A stretch of 43,597 nucleotides of DNA from Proteromonas lacertae (Eukaryota): the NCBI GenBank assembly GCA_002245135.1, contig NGBS01000054.1, positions 1-43,597 on the forward strand. The letters are read 5' to 3'. Position numbers and translations under genes: made by a program. Every line of letters starts with the position of its first letter. Positions within the stretch are counted from its first letter, which is position 1. This document shows positions 23,418 to 33,733 of this stretch, piece by piece. A model generated the notes under the pieces. That model had not been told where the DNA came from, made no database searches, and saw only the letters and a list, made by a program, of their open reading frames with translations.

Positions 23418-24440
23418 ATGAGAAGCAAGGCAAGTAGCAAGAGTCCCAAGAAGGTAAAGACAAGTGATGATCCTCTGGTGATCATCAAGAAGCAATTGTT
23501 GGAGGAGTTCAATAAGAAGGTTGAAGGTATCACCGATGTTAAGAAGCTCTCAGCAATGACCGTGAAGATGATGGAGAACAACACCAAGGTAATGGAAGGT
23601 AACAATCAGCAGATAGTATCGATGAACTTAACTCCCAGCAATATACAATCAGGTACTATGGTAAACAACTCCCCAGCAAGAGAACTTTACAAGGCCAACA
23701 TGATTAACCAGTACGGTAAAGCCAACTACTATAACTACCGAGACTTTGCTGGTAACATCAACACTCCAGCTTCAAGGAACCTCTCAGCACTCTATCCCAA
23801 TCAATCAACTTACTATCGCAATCCATCGGTAAGTCTTCCTAGCTTACAACAGCAGGCTAAACAAAATCAATGGATGAGCAATCCCCATCTAGTCTATCAA
23901 CAGAACACTGCCCAGATCAACAACGTTCTTAGCAACTTACAATCAATGATCGAGAAGTACAAGTACGCAGCTCCTGATCAGAAACCATTGATCAGGACAA
24001 GCATAATCAGCTTCATCGAGAACTTAAGGAACGCTACCAACACCGGAGCTACGAACAGTGATGTTACCAGAGCAGTCTTCAATTATATCAACAACCCAGA
24101 AATCAAAGGCCTCTTGAACTTCTCCGATGAGATGATCAAGACTTCCTTTGGACCGACAATGTACCAGAGCTTCATGGACGTCACCAACAACACGATTGGA
24201 GCAGTCGGAACCACTGCAGACTTCGGAAGGAACTTACTTAACCTCAGAGATGCTTACAATAAAGGAACCTTATGGAGCAACCCACAACAAGTGATTGGAA
24301 ATGCTGCTGGGTTAGTTCAGAACCTTGGTAACTTCGGAACATCCCTGGACAATGGCTTTCAAGCAGTCAAGAGACTCTTTGGATATGGTAAGGTAGGAAG
24401 AAGAATCCCCTTATGGAAGCTTTACCGAAGGCGTAAGTAA
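23418..24440 (+). CDS. Putative virion core or minor protein with a C-terminal amphipathic helix, LFGYG site and basic tail
   Basis: Directly upstream of the minor capsid gene. Ends GFQAVKRLFGYGKVGRRIPLWKLYRRRK. KKLSAM...QQIVS...REL...NYYNY matches the C protein. Confidence 0.7.
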   Translation: MRSKASSKSPKKVKTSDDPLVIIKKQLLEEFNKKVEGITDVKKLSAMTVKMMENNTKVMEGNNQQIVSMNLTPSNIQSGTMVNNSPARELYKANMINQYGKANYYNYRDFAGNINTPASRNLSALYPNQSTYYRNPSVSLPSLQQQAKQNQWMSNPHLVYQQNTAQINNVLSNLQSMIEKYKYAAPDQKPLIRTSIISFIENLRNATNTGATNSDVTRAVFNYINNPEIKGLLNFSDEMIKTSFGPTMYQSFMDVTNNTIGAVGTTADFGRNLLNLRDAYNKGTLWSNPQQVIGNAAGLVQNLGNFGTSLDNGFQAVKRLFGYGKVGRRIPLWKLYRRRK

Positions 24441-24494
24441 GAGACTTATGGTAAATCGTTATTCAGTCTTTTCTCTAAGATCATTTACTCGGAC

Positions 24495-25457
24495 ATGTCC
24501 AACCAAACAAGAACGATCAGCATTAGCTCAGCTAGAAGAATTGCCCAGAAGAATAAGTACGAATTGATCATTGCTATCCCCACCGATGTAAGGAAGGACA
24601 ACTACAAGTACATTGCCTTGAAGTATGCTAGCATCCCCAACTCCTTCTATGTTGTCCAAGAAGGAGTCAATGACCAGATGACCTATGTCTTCCAGATCGC
24701 TATCCGTACTGTAGGAGATAAGTATGAACACGTAGAGTTCAACTACAACATGACAATCCCTCAAGGAGACTATAGTGGTGATGAGCTCCTTGCAATGTTC
24801 AACAGTCCCTTTGAGAAACTCACTCAAGGAGAAGTTATCAAAGTGATAAAGACCGTCCATCCAGAGTTAGAAGCAAGTAGTACCGGAAGCAACCTCCTTA
24901 TGTTTGATCCATCAACAGCCTTTGGTAAGAAGAAGTGCACGTCCTCTGATCCTCATCATATCCACACAACTAATTTAACCTTTACAGGAGCTAGTAATGT
25001 CATCGGCCTTAAAGCAAACAACATCGCTGGTAATGAGTATACAGGAGCCTTCATCTGCTCTATCAAGTTAAAGTCTCCAGGGATTGCTTATCGATTCCTC
25101 GGGATGGGAGATACTCAATATGTCCTAGCTGATCATCAACACACTTCATCCAGTCTATTGACTTACAAGTATCCAGAAGTAACATTGCCTGGAGAGCCTA
25201 CGATCATCTGGGTAGACTCTGTAAGCATCAGGATGGACATGGTGAACCAAGATCAAGACTCCAAGATCCTAGAAACTTTCCCTATCGTGGATTTTACCCA
25301 GCCTTACATTGCCTTCAACAACAACGATCTCATCTCCCGAGCAAAGCAATTAGGTAACTACACGGAAGGTCAAGTAATCGTTAGCATTACCCAACAAGAT
25401 GGCTTCCAGCTAGACCTCAAGATGCATGACTACAACTTCGAGGTAGCCTTATTCTAA
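24495..25457 (+). CDS. Minor capsid protein (penton, single jelly-roll), PLV/virophage type
   Basis: ASIPNSFYVVQEGVND and IPQGDYSGDELL are typical of PLV pentons. Immediately upstream of the MCP. Homologous to 34482-35471 (PTIIWVDSVSIRMDMVNQDQDS). Confidence 0.8.
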   Translation: MSNQTRTISISSARRIAQKNKYELIIAIPTDVRKDNYKYIALKYASIPNSFYVVQEGVNDQMTYVFQIAIRTVGDKYEHVEFNYNMTIPQGDYSGDELLAMFNSPFEKLTQGEVIKVIKTVHPELEASSTGSNLLMFDPSTAFGKKKCTSSDPHHIHTTNLTFTGASNVIGLKANNIAGNEYTGAFICSIKLKSPGIAYRFLGMGDTQYVLADHQHTSSSLLTYKYPEVTLPGEPTIIWVDSVSIRMDMVNQDQDSKILETFPIVDFTQPYIAFNNNDLISRAKQLGNYTEGQVIVSITQQDGFQLDLKMHDYNFEVALF

Positions 25458-25508
25458 GTTCCTTTCCATTGAATCATTTCCTTTGTGTATTCTAAGGAGT
25501 TATTAGCA

Positions 25509-26879
25509 ATGTCAACTCAAGTGATCATCCCCGAGGAGCAACAACATGCTCCTATCATCCCAATCATGAATCCACTCTACCAGACGATAAAGCTTACTCC
25601 TACTCAATCTTATCCTAAGGTCGACTGCCCAGAGCAAGGCATGACTCCTGAGATCACCTTTGAACTCCCTGGTAATTACTGCAGCAACTTAAGCAAGAGT
25701 TACATCCAGTTCTACGTTGACTATTACGGTAACAATGGAAAAACTATGGAACCTGATATTAAGAATGCTGATAAGTCAGGGGATTGGAAGTTCTTTTACG
25801 ATACTTACGTGTTATCCAACTCTTATAACTTAACCGAGATCAAGGTCTACAACTCCAATGGAGTTCAGTTACTGTATGCAGATCATCAGTATGAGTTGTT
25901 CCGACAAATGATGGTTCAAGTGGCAAGGAAGAACATTGATAAGTATAATCAGAAGGTTTACTTTGATGGTTGCTATGCTGAGGAAAGCAAAGACACTGAG
26001 GACTATGAAGTCATGGAGTTTAAAGTAGAAGAATTAAAGGACGGGCATTACCGACGTCTAGTAAAGATCTTCCTTGGAGAGCTCTTCAATACAATACTTA
26101 GTTCAGCAACAGATGTCTTCTTCTCGGAGAAGCTATTCATCACTTTGAGATTCGGTAAGGCTGATGGTTTCTACAACCCTAAGGAAAGTAAGAGTACTAA
26201 GTTCAATGAGATGAAGGATAGCACAGCTAAGGATATGACCGATCCAGTAAAAGCAAAGATGATAGAACCCAAGGTAAAAGTTAGCCTAGACAACTTCTAC
26301 TTCTACGTGAAGGTTAACAAGGATCCAGCCTGTAATGACAACACGATCAAGTATTGCCTTAACAAGACAATTGACTTCAATGACTTCCATTGCTTTACTG
26401 TCACTAGCAGCTCCGGCATGGACTTCTTTCGATATACCTTTACCTTGAATAGTAGTCTCGGTAAGTACATCAAGTTCATTGCCTATCGTCCTTATGATGG
26501 GAACGACAAGATCCAGAAGCTAGATAAGCAAAGTACTAAGTTCAGATGGCTTATCAATGACTTCCAATACAACCCAGACTTTGTTAACCTCAAGGACTAT
26601 GATAACTACCACATGATAAAGCCTTTGCTAGCCTGTAGCTGGCACGATCAGTACAACTACGTTCAGGAGGAAGATAAGTTCATCGAGGTACTCAACTTTA
26701 GTAACTTTGGCTTATTCGATCTCCAAAATAGACAAGGCAAGAGAATGGATCAAGATATTAAGTTTACCTTTGAGATGTACTCCGACACCCTCAAGACCGA
26801 GAACATCTTCCATCGCTTCTACGTGGTCACTGGCCGAGGAGCTACTGTCAATGAAAGTGGTATCGTGAACATCATCTAA
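25509..26879 (+). CDS. Major capsid protein (double jelly-roll), PLV type
   Basis: About 456 aa, beta-rich. ITFELPGNYCSNLSKSYIQF is a PLV-MCP-like N-terminal motif. Full-length homology to 35508-36935, which sits beside a packaging ATPase. Confidence 0.82.
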   Translation: MSTQVIIPEEQQHAPIIPIMNPLYQTIKLTPTQSYPKVDCPEQGMTPEITFELPGNYCSNLSKSYIQFYVDYYGNNGKTMEPDIKNADKSGDWKFFYDTYVLSNSYNLTEIKVYNSNGVQLLYADHQYELFRQMMVQVARKNIDKYNQKVYFDGCYAEESKDTEDYEVMEFKVEELKDGHYRRLVKIFLGELFNTILSSATDVFFSEKLFITLRFGKADGFYNPKESKSTKFNEMKDSTAKDMTDPVKAKMIEPKVKVSLDNFYFYVKVNKDPACNDNTIKYCLNKTIDFNDFHCFTVTSSSGMDFFRYTFTLNSSLGKYIKFIAYRPYDGNDKIQKLDKQSTKFRWLINDFQYNPDFVNLKDYDNYHMIKPLLACSWHDQYNYVQEEDKFIEVLNFSNFGLFDLQNRQGKRMDQDIKFTFEMYSDTLKTENIFHRFYVVTGRGATVNESGIVNII

Positions 26880-27329
26880 AGGACGATGATCGGAGAGATC
26901 ACCTCATACTTGGGATAGATGATATCGATGGAAGGAGTTCTCTTGATTGTGAGCTGATGGTTCTTTACCCACAAGACAACTTCCTTATAAGTGCAGTCCT
27001 TATCTATCCCGTGTAGATCTTGGTGACTTGCTTACAACAACATAGACTTGCTTAACGTTATCGGGAGAGGCTGGTAAAGCAACATTGTACTTTGCCTGAA
27101 TCTTGCATTGCTTCTCGGCAATCATTAGCATCTGGTTCTTCAACTCCTCGGAGATGTTCCTCCAGCACTTGAGCTCTCCATTGTTGAATCGTAGGAAGGT
27201 AACATTCAGGAGCTGGATGATGAAGTTCTTGTCAGTCTCAATGATCTGGTGAATCGTTCCTCGGAGTTGTACTTGCCATTGAAGTGCATAAGGAACACTT
27301 ACAAAGATGTTATTATCGGTGCTATCCAT
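26876..27329 (-). CDS. Shared-family protein interrupted near 27000-27035 by a +1 frameshift or a 37-nt intron
   Basis: The N-part matches 38675-39418 (DNNIFVSVP/DKENVYVSLP). The shifted frame continues DCTYKEVVLWVK...IIYPKYEVISPIIVL*, matching YIYPKFEL. Its stop overlaps the MCP stop. Confidence 0.65.
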
Positions 27330-27400
27330 AGACGATTGAACCCAATATCAAAAGTTAATGATAATCAGTAAAGCCTTAAGAAGAAGTTAAGTACTAGGAA

Positions 27401-27467
27401 TTAAGCCGATGTTGAAGTCATTGAAATAGCTGCTGGTTGCTCAGGGTTCTGAGGAGTCTCTTGAGGC

Positions 27468-27501
<34 letters not shown>

Positions 27502-28327
27502 GAACTCCTTGAGGTGCAACTACTTGAGTAGGAGTAGGAGTAGGAATAACTACTTGAGGAATCATCCCTTGAGGGAACTGAGGTTGTGGAGGCTGATAAG
27601 CATTCATGGAGATGTCCTTGATCTCGTAATGAGGAAAGATACGTACAGGTTGAATAAAGTTACCTCCTGTTGTAGTTCCATCGCTAGACACTTCCTTACC
27701 GGGATAGATAACTGCATCCTTGATCACTAGCAAGAACATGAAGACTTTACCGACGTTACTATAGATGTTCTGCTTAAAGGCCAAGAGCTTCTTGTTGCTT
27801 CTCTTCCAGAGAGTTGCATTGAGAGTACCTGATCGAGGAGTTGAAACATAGGTGGTGTTGGTGATCTGAAGATGCTTAGGGAAGGTTGGATCTTGTTGAG
27901 TTGCCATAGCCACGTTGTATCGTAAGCTCTTGATAAACATCTCGGTGTTGTTGGAGTCAATGAAGAAGGACATCACCCTGGTAACATTCAACTGGAGGTA
28001 GTAGTTGGTATCATACTCGGAGATCTTTTCAACCATGGCTTCAACATAGAAGTGTACTTGATCTTGCTTAAGGAAGTAGTGCCAGTACTTACCACAGATA
28101 CGGAGCTGGGGCTTCTCAGGTTGTAATTGTCGTTGTTGCTGGGCAGCTCCGGGAAATGCAAAGGAATTTGAAGGAGCCGATGGAGACATCATCATCACTG
28201 GCTGGGATATCACGGGTTGATTCATCATTGGTAAGACTGAAGCTGGATTGAAAGAAGGAGCTGTCATAGGAGCAGGCATTGCTGGGTAAGGAACTTGTTG
28301 CATAGCTGGTTGATTGAAAGAGTTCAT
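27401..28327 (-). CDS. Shared-family protein with Gln/Pro-rich termini
   Basis: Core TNYYLQLNVTRV and VRIFPHYEI vs TNYHLLSFNRIKV and FYIYPKFEL in 38675-39418. PolyQ tract. Confidence 0.8.
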
Positions 28328-28533
28328 AGGAAACGATAAAGTAGTGAAAGATAAGATCGACCAAGAAATATATGACTGAAGTGAACCTAAGAAGGAACCT
28401 GAGAAGAAACCTTCAAAGGGATCGTAGAACCATCCTAGTCTTTACAATTGGTTTCCACGGTTCTGTAGATGAACTTTTCTTTGAAAGAGTTCTTCTCGTA
28501 GAATACTCCTTGAAGATCATCCTGTAAGAGATC

Positions 28534-28810
28534 TTCCCGTAGGGAAAGTAGACCCCGTTGAGAAGTAGACCCTGTTAGGAGGAATCCCGTAGGAACCTTA
28601 CGTAAATGGGACTATGGTACATTATGCCAGAGTTCTAACGAGTGTTCTAGGAGTCCGTCCCCTTCTAGATTCAGAGTTGACCTTTACGGGAGCTTCATCG
28701 ATGCAATCGATGAAGCTCCCGTAAAAGTCAACTCTGAATCTAGAAAGGGACGGACCCTAGAAAACTCGTTAGGACTCTGGCATAATGTGCCAGAGTCCCA
28801 TTTATATACT
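28534..28810 (-). repeat. Right TIR of B (hairpin 28603-28804)
   Basis: Reverse complement of 19672-19948. Confidence 0.97.
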
Positions 28811-28898
28811 ATATATAAAAAGTGTTATAAAAGAAAATGAATGTTCAAACTCGTTTGACATTTTAAAACCAAAAATCAAATTTACTCAATATATTGTG

Positions 28899-30755
28899 AT
28901 GTTTGTGATTTATTACAAGATTATATTTCCTTTGTTTTTTGTTTATTTTATTTCTGTGGTTGTTTGTTTAAGAATAAGTGATGTAGAAAGAAAAGAGTAT
29001 GAAGCAGGAGAGAGAGTATATTTTTCTATTTGTTATTGATAGATTGATATATGTGCTAGTAGATTTATATCTGCTAAAACTAGAATGCCAATGAGGCACT
29101 ATTTTCTTCCCGTGAGTTGTTTGGAAGTTAAATGGTGTTTATACAATTTGTTTTTATCTAAATATTATGATAGAACTTATTCCTGTGAGTTCAATATGTT
29201 GAGAAGTAAAAATTTTATAGTGGGAAGTTTTTATATATCAAACATTGGATATGCAGAACACTTGCGTAGATTAATAAAAAATGATAATGATATTATTTTA
29301 ATAAAAGAATTTATTGGAGTGGAAAGACTATCCTTAATAAATTCAATTAAAAATGATAAAGATTATTATTATGAGAATGGATATATATTTGGTAAATATG
29401 ATAATAGAAACTATTATATACAGAATCATTTATCATTTATAATAAAATATGAAAAGATTAAAGAAAAAGAAAATCATTATAGAATAATGGAAATAGAAAT
29501 AAAACCATCAACAATGAATAATAATGTAAGTGTATGTGATAAAAATACATTTAAATACTACATTGATGAAGATGATACTAAAACATCGCTGATGATTTTT
29601 CATACTTACAGTGTTGAATATATAGAAGAATCAAATATAAGAAATGATGTAAATATAAACATGAATGTTGAAACAGTTAAACCTAATTGGTTTAAATTTG
29701 GTTTATCAATGATAATAACTGTGATAATAAACACTGTAATTGGTTTAATAATCTTTCGAAGAGTAGTTGAAAATATTTCAAGATATAATATTCATAATTT
29801 TGGTAGTTATTATTACAATAGTAATTATAGGGGAAAAGATGATGATTTAGAAGAAGAAAGTGGTTGGAAATTACTTCAAAAAGATGTATTTCGTCCTCCA
29901 CTAAATCATCCAAAGTCATTTACAATAATCGTATCATCAGGTAGATCAATGTTCTATACAGCCTTTCTTTGCTTTTTTATAATCTATTTGCGAAATTATT
30001 TTACTCAGTTTATAGACATATTTTATTTCTATATATCTCTTCAATGTATCGAAGGATCCACTAAATATTCAATTTATTCATACAAATCATGTGGAGGTAA
30101 TAGTGTAAAGAGTTTGATAAAATACATATTATATTACATTCTTTCTATTATAATAATTATATTTTCATTTAGTTATTTAATCTCTTATAAAGTACTTTTA
30201 GAAGATTTTGGATTAACATTGTTATGGTTATTTACATATATAGTTGTTGTAATTTTATTTACAAAAGCTGGAACATTTATTGGATTTAATCAAAAAATAT
30301 ATAAAGAATTTGTAATTAACCAAATACCTCGTGAAATTAAACCACAACCATGGTATAGAAAAACAATTCCATCAATGTTATTATCTGGATTATTACCATT
30401 TATTGAATTTATGATGAATTATCATTTCTTCATTAATTCCAATTATCCTCAAAAACAATATGTACATTTTTTACTTTTCATGATATATACAATGAGTTTG
30501 ATTTGTTCTTGTGAAATGTGTTTGATTTTTTGTTATTATCAATTAAATGGAGAAGATTGGAATTGGTGGTGGAGATCCTTCTATACAGGTGGTTCAATAT
30601 CGATATATATGTTAATATATACATTATTATATGGAATTGAAAATTTATCATTAATGTGGTTTTTCTATATTATATTATTTCTAATCAATGGTTCAATGGG
30701 ATTCTATTCGTGTATGTGGTTTATTGTAAAGATATATTCTTCTATTCAAATTTGA
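28899..30755 (+). CDS. Host nonaspanin (TM9SF/EMP70 family), 27-nt intron at 29016-29042
   Basis: Signal peptide. EEESGWKLLQKDVFRPP, NQIPREI, YYQLNGEDWNWWWRSF and C-terminal KIYSSI are TM9SF hallmarks. TGTTTGTT lies downstream at 30790. Confidence 0.93.
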
Positions 30756-31058
30756 CATATATATAATAATTGTAAATATAATGAATATATGTTTGTTAAA
30801 AGTCCTTATCTGTATATTAATGTTTTAAACACTTTTTAAAATCTTTCAAACAGGTTCTAGTATATTTCACAAATATATGTGTATAACCATCATAATATCT
30901 ATCATCGCATAAAGCTATTTCTCTTTCGCCATCTTCTTAATTATCAACTATATGTAGAATTGATTTAAGTTTGCAGTTATATTTTATATTTTCAAAAGTA
31001 AAGAAAATTCTGAAAAATTACTAATCTCATTCAACAACTAAAGACAAGCAAATAATAT

Positions 31059-31255
31059 TTATTTTATTAAATTGTGATGAGAAACTGATTGTAGTTCAAG
31101 TGAAATATTTTCATGAAATAATACAGCATATGGATATAATGGAGAAGGTAAATCTTTAACAAGTAAAACAGGAGATGAATCATTATGACTAATCCAAAAT
31201 TCTCTTTTATTCATATTAACAATCACTTCATAAATTGAACCATCTCCATAATAAT
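31059..31255 (-). pseudogene. 3' fragment of a SPRY-like gene (paralogue of about 8340-8525), cut off at the element C border
   Basis: GDGSIYEVIVNMNKREFWISHNDSSPVLLVKDLPSPLYP is nearly the same DNA as 8396-8516. Similarity ends near 31256. Confidence 0.8.
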
Positions 31256-31502
31256 AGTAAATAAAGGTTCTGGCACACCGAGCCGTATGACTCGGGCTAC
31301 TGGCACACCAAACCAAACTTTTTAAAAATACGTGACCTATGTCATATTAGGTCATAATTTATTTTTGCATTTTCTAGAATATTCTAATATAATTTTATAG
31401 AATTTTCTTTCTAATCTAATTTACATATATTATTAAACAAACACCATTTCAAACAATGATATTAATTTAATTAATTTATTTATTATATTTTAATTTTAAT
31501 TA

Positions 31503-32582
31503 TCAATCTTCTTCATCCACATCTACTACGTCAAGTTTGTTTTGTTTTAAAAGCATAATTAGCTGCTTTTTTTCATATTCTTCTTTTTCTCTTTCTTCTT
31601 TTCTTCTTTTAACTTCTTCTTCATTATTTACTTTAGTAAAGAATCTGATTTTTTTTGTTTTATTCTCTTCTTCACTTTCTATAAATGAACTTTGCTTCCT
31701 TTTATAACTTGATAATTTTTGTTTAACCTCATCTTCTAATTTATAACACAATGACATAATATAAGATGAATCTTTGAAAAATGTTAACTCTATATCATTA
31801 TCATTTCTATTGTAAAACTGTGCATAATTACTAGGATAATATTTATATAAGTAATTGATATAATATTTTTCTAAATTGAATTCATTTTCTATAATTGTTA
31901 TTTTAAAATCGCTAATGAATGAATTTATAAATTCTGTAATATATGTATTATTGAATTTTCTGCTACATATATCCAAATTGTTATATAAAGCTTTTCTTCG
32001 ATTAGAATCCATATTTGATAGATTAGTGTTATATAAAAGAAACTTTTCCATTGCATTTAAAATATTTATATCATTAAATCCATTATACTTTTCTATTGAT
32101 TGTATAATACTATGAAGATAATGTAAATGAGGATAAATGTTATCAAGTATTTTTTTGGAGTATTTGGATAATAATAATATATATTGATAATATTTTAATA
32201 AGATAAATATAACTGTGCTCTCAAACCAGTCTTTAATTAGATCAGATTTGAAATTGTGAATTAATTTTGATATTTCATCCACAATAATAACTAGAACCAT
32301 TATAAAACTGTTATCAACTCCTATACTCCTGGTTAAAATTTCAAATATGAAATGGCAACAAAAATTTATATCATTAAGAACAATTATGCTGTCTGTGTTC
32401 TTTAATTCATTATAGATATGTTTATCTTCTATAAAAGTATAGATATAAATTATACCAGTTTCTAATTGAGCTTTTAAATGCTCATTTTCTTTATCATTTG
32501 TTGCATACTAACATAAATAGACAAATATTAATACATTACATCTTCCTGTTCTCATACAACAACTTGGTCTAGTCCTAGCCAT
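31503..32582 (-). CDS. Element C hypothetical protein with a 27-nt GT-AG intron (32508-32534)
   Basis: ATG at 32582 is in frame with ORF 31503-32300. The only interrupting TAG is the acceptor of gtattaatatttgtctatttatgttag. Confidence 0.65.
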
Positions 32583-32893
32583 AGATATTAACTTAAAAAA
32601 TAATAATTAAGAAAATATGAAACGTAAATTGGGTTAATTTATTTTTGTTTATTTTTAATAACCCAAATTTTTAAAAACTTTAAATAGCAATATATAAACA
32701 ATTTAATAACATAGTAACAATATTTATTTAAATAGTTTGTTTATATCTACCTATCTTTGAGTTTATATTTGGTTTGCTTTTCAAAATGTCATTAATTTCA
32801 ATCTGACTTTTTAAATTGTTGATTGTTTCTTCATGAGCAAGACCTCTCTCTATAATCTCATTCATATTGACTCTCATATCTGACAGCTCTTGT

Positions 32894-33534
32894 GTGTTGT
32901 TCCCCGTATGGCGGAAATCCCCGTATGGCGGAACTCTATATTGCAGAATGATTCAATCAAAACTAATATGATATTCATGATGTTCGGAGTTAGTTATTAA
33001 CAAATATATAGTTAGTTTGTCATATGACCTACATCTGTGATATACTTTTTTATGAACTTCATTATTATCAATATTAAACTAATTTTTGTATATTTTCTAT
33101 TTTAATGTATCAGTGACTACTACAGTCTAAAATACATTATCTGATATGAATAGAATACATTATTTTTAATGTTAAGATAATAAAAAAGGAAATTAAAGAG
33201 CAGGCTTGAGTGAGGCTTGAACTTATTTTTTCTTTTTTCTTTTTTGACCACCTTAACATTAAAAATAGTGAATTCTATTCATATCAGATAATGTCATTTA
33301 GACTGTAGTAGTCACTGATACATTAAAATAGAAAATATACAAAAATTAGTTTAATATTGATAATAATGAAGTTCATAAATAAGTATATCACAGATGTAGG
33401 TCATATGACAAACTAACTATATATTTGTTAATAACTAACTCCGAACATGATGAATATCATAATAGTTTTGATTGAATCATTCTGCAAAATAGATTTCCGC
33501 CATACGGGGATTTCCGCCATACGGGGAACAACAC
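32894..33534. repeat. 641-bp palindrome: 283-bp arms (32894-33176, 33252-33534) and a 75-bp spacer
   Basis: The arms are reverse complements with a few mismatches. Outer edges carry two tandem TCCCCGTATGGCGGAA units. TTGT flanks both sides. Confidence 0.97.
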
Positions 33535-33733
33535 TTGTGAATTAGGTAAGCAATTGTGAGATTTCATATATTTCCACAATGCCATAGCTATAATATAGAG
33601 AATAAAGACTAAGACGCTTAGAAATATGTTAAAATAATCGTTTTCCATTCAAAACAGAGTTTTTTAAAAGTAATTGAACAATTTAATTTAAAAAATTTTA
33701 ACAAAAAAACAAAATAAAACTATAAAAGACATA

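Larger units (their letters stand above)
19672..28810. mobile_element. Element B: integrated PLV-like structural segment with the same hairpin TIRs as A
   Basis: TIRs 19672-19948 and 28534-28810 with AG...CT ends in a TA-repeat context. GC-rich relative to host. Encodes a capsid pair. Confidence 0.92.
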
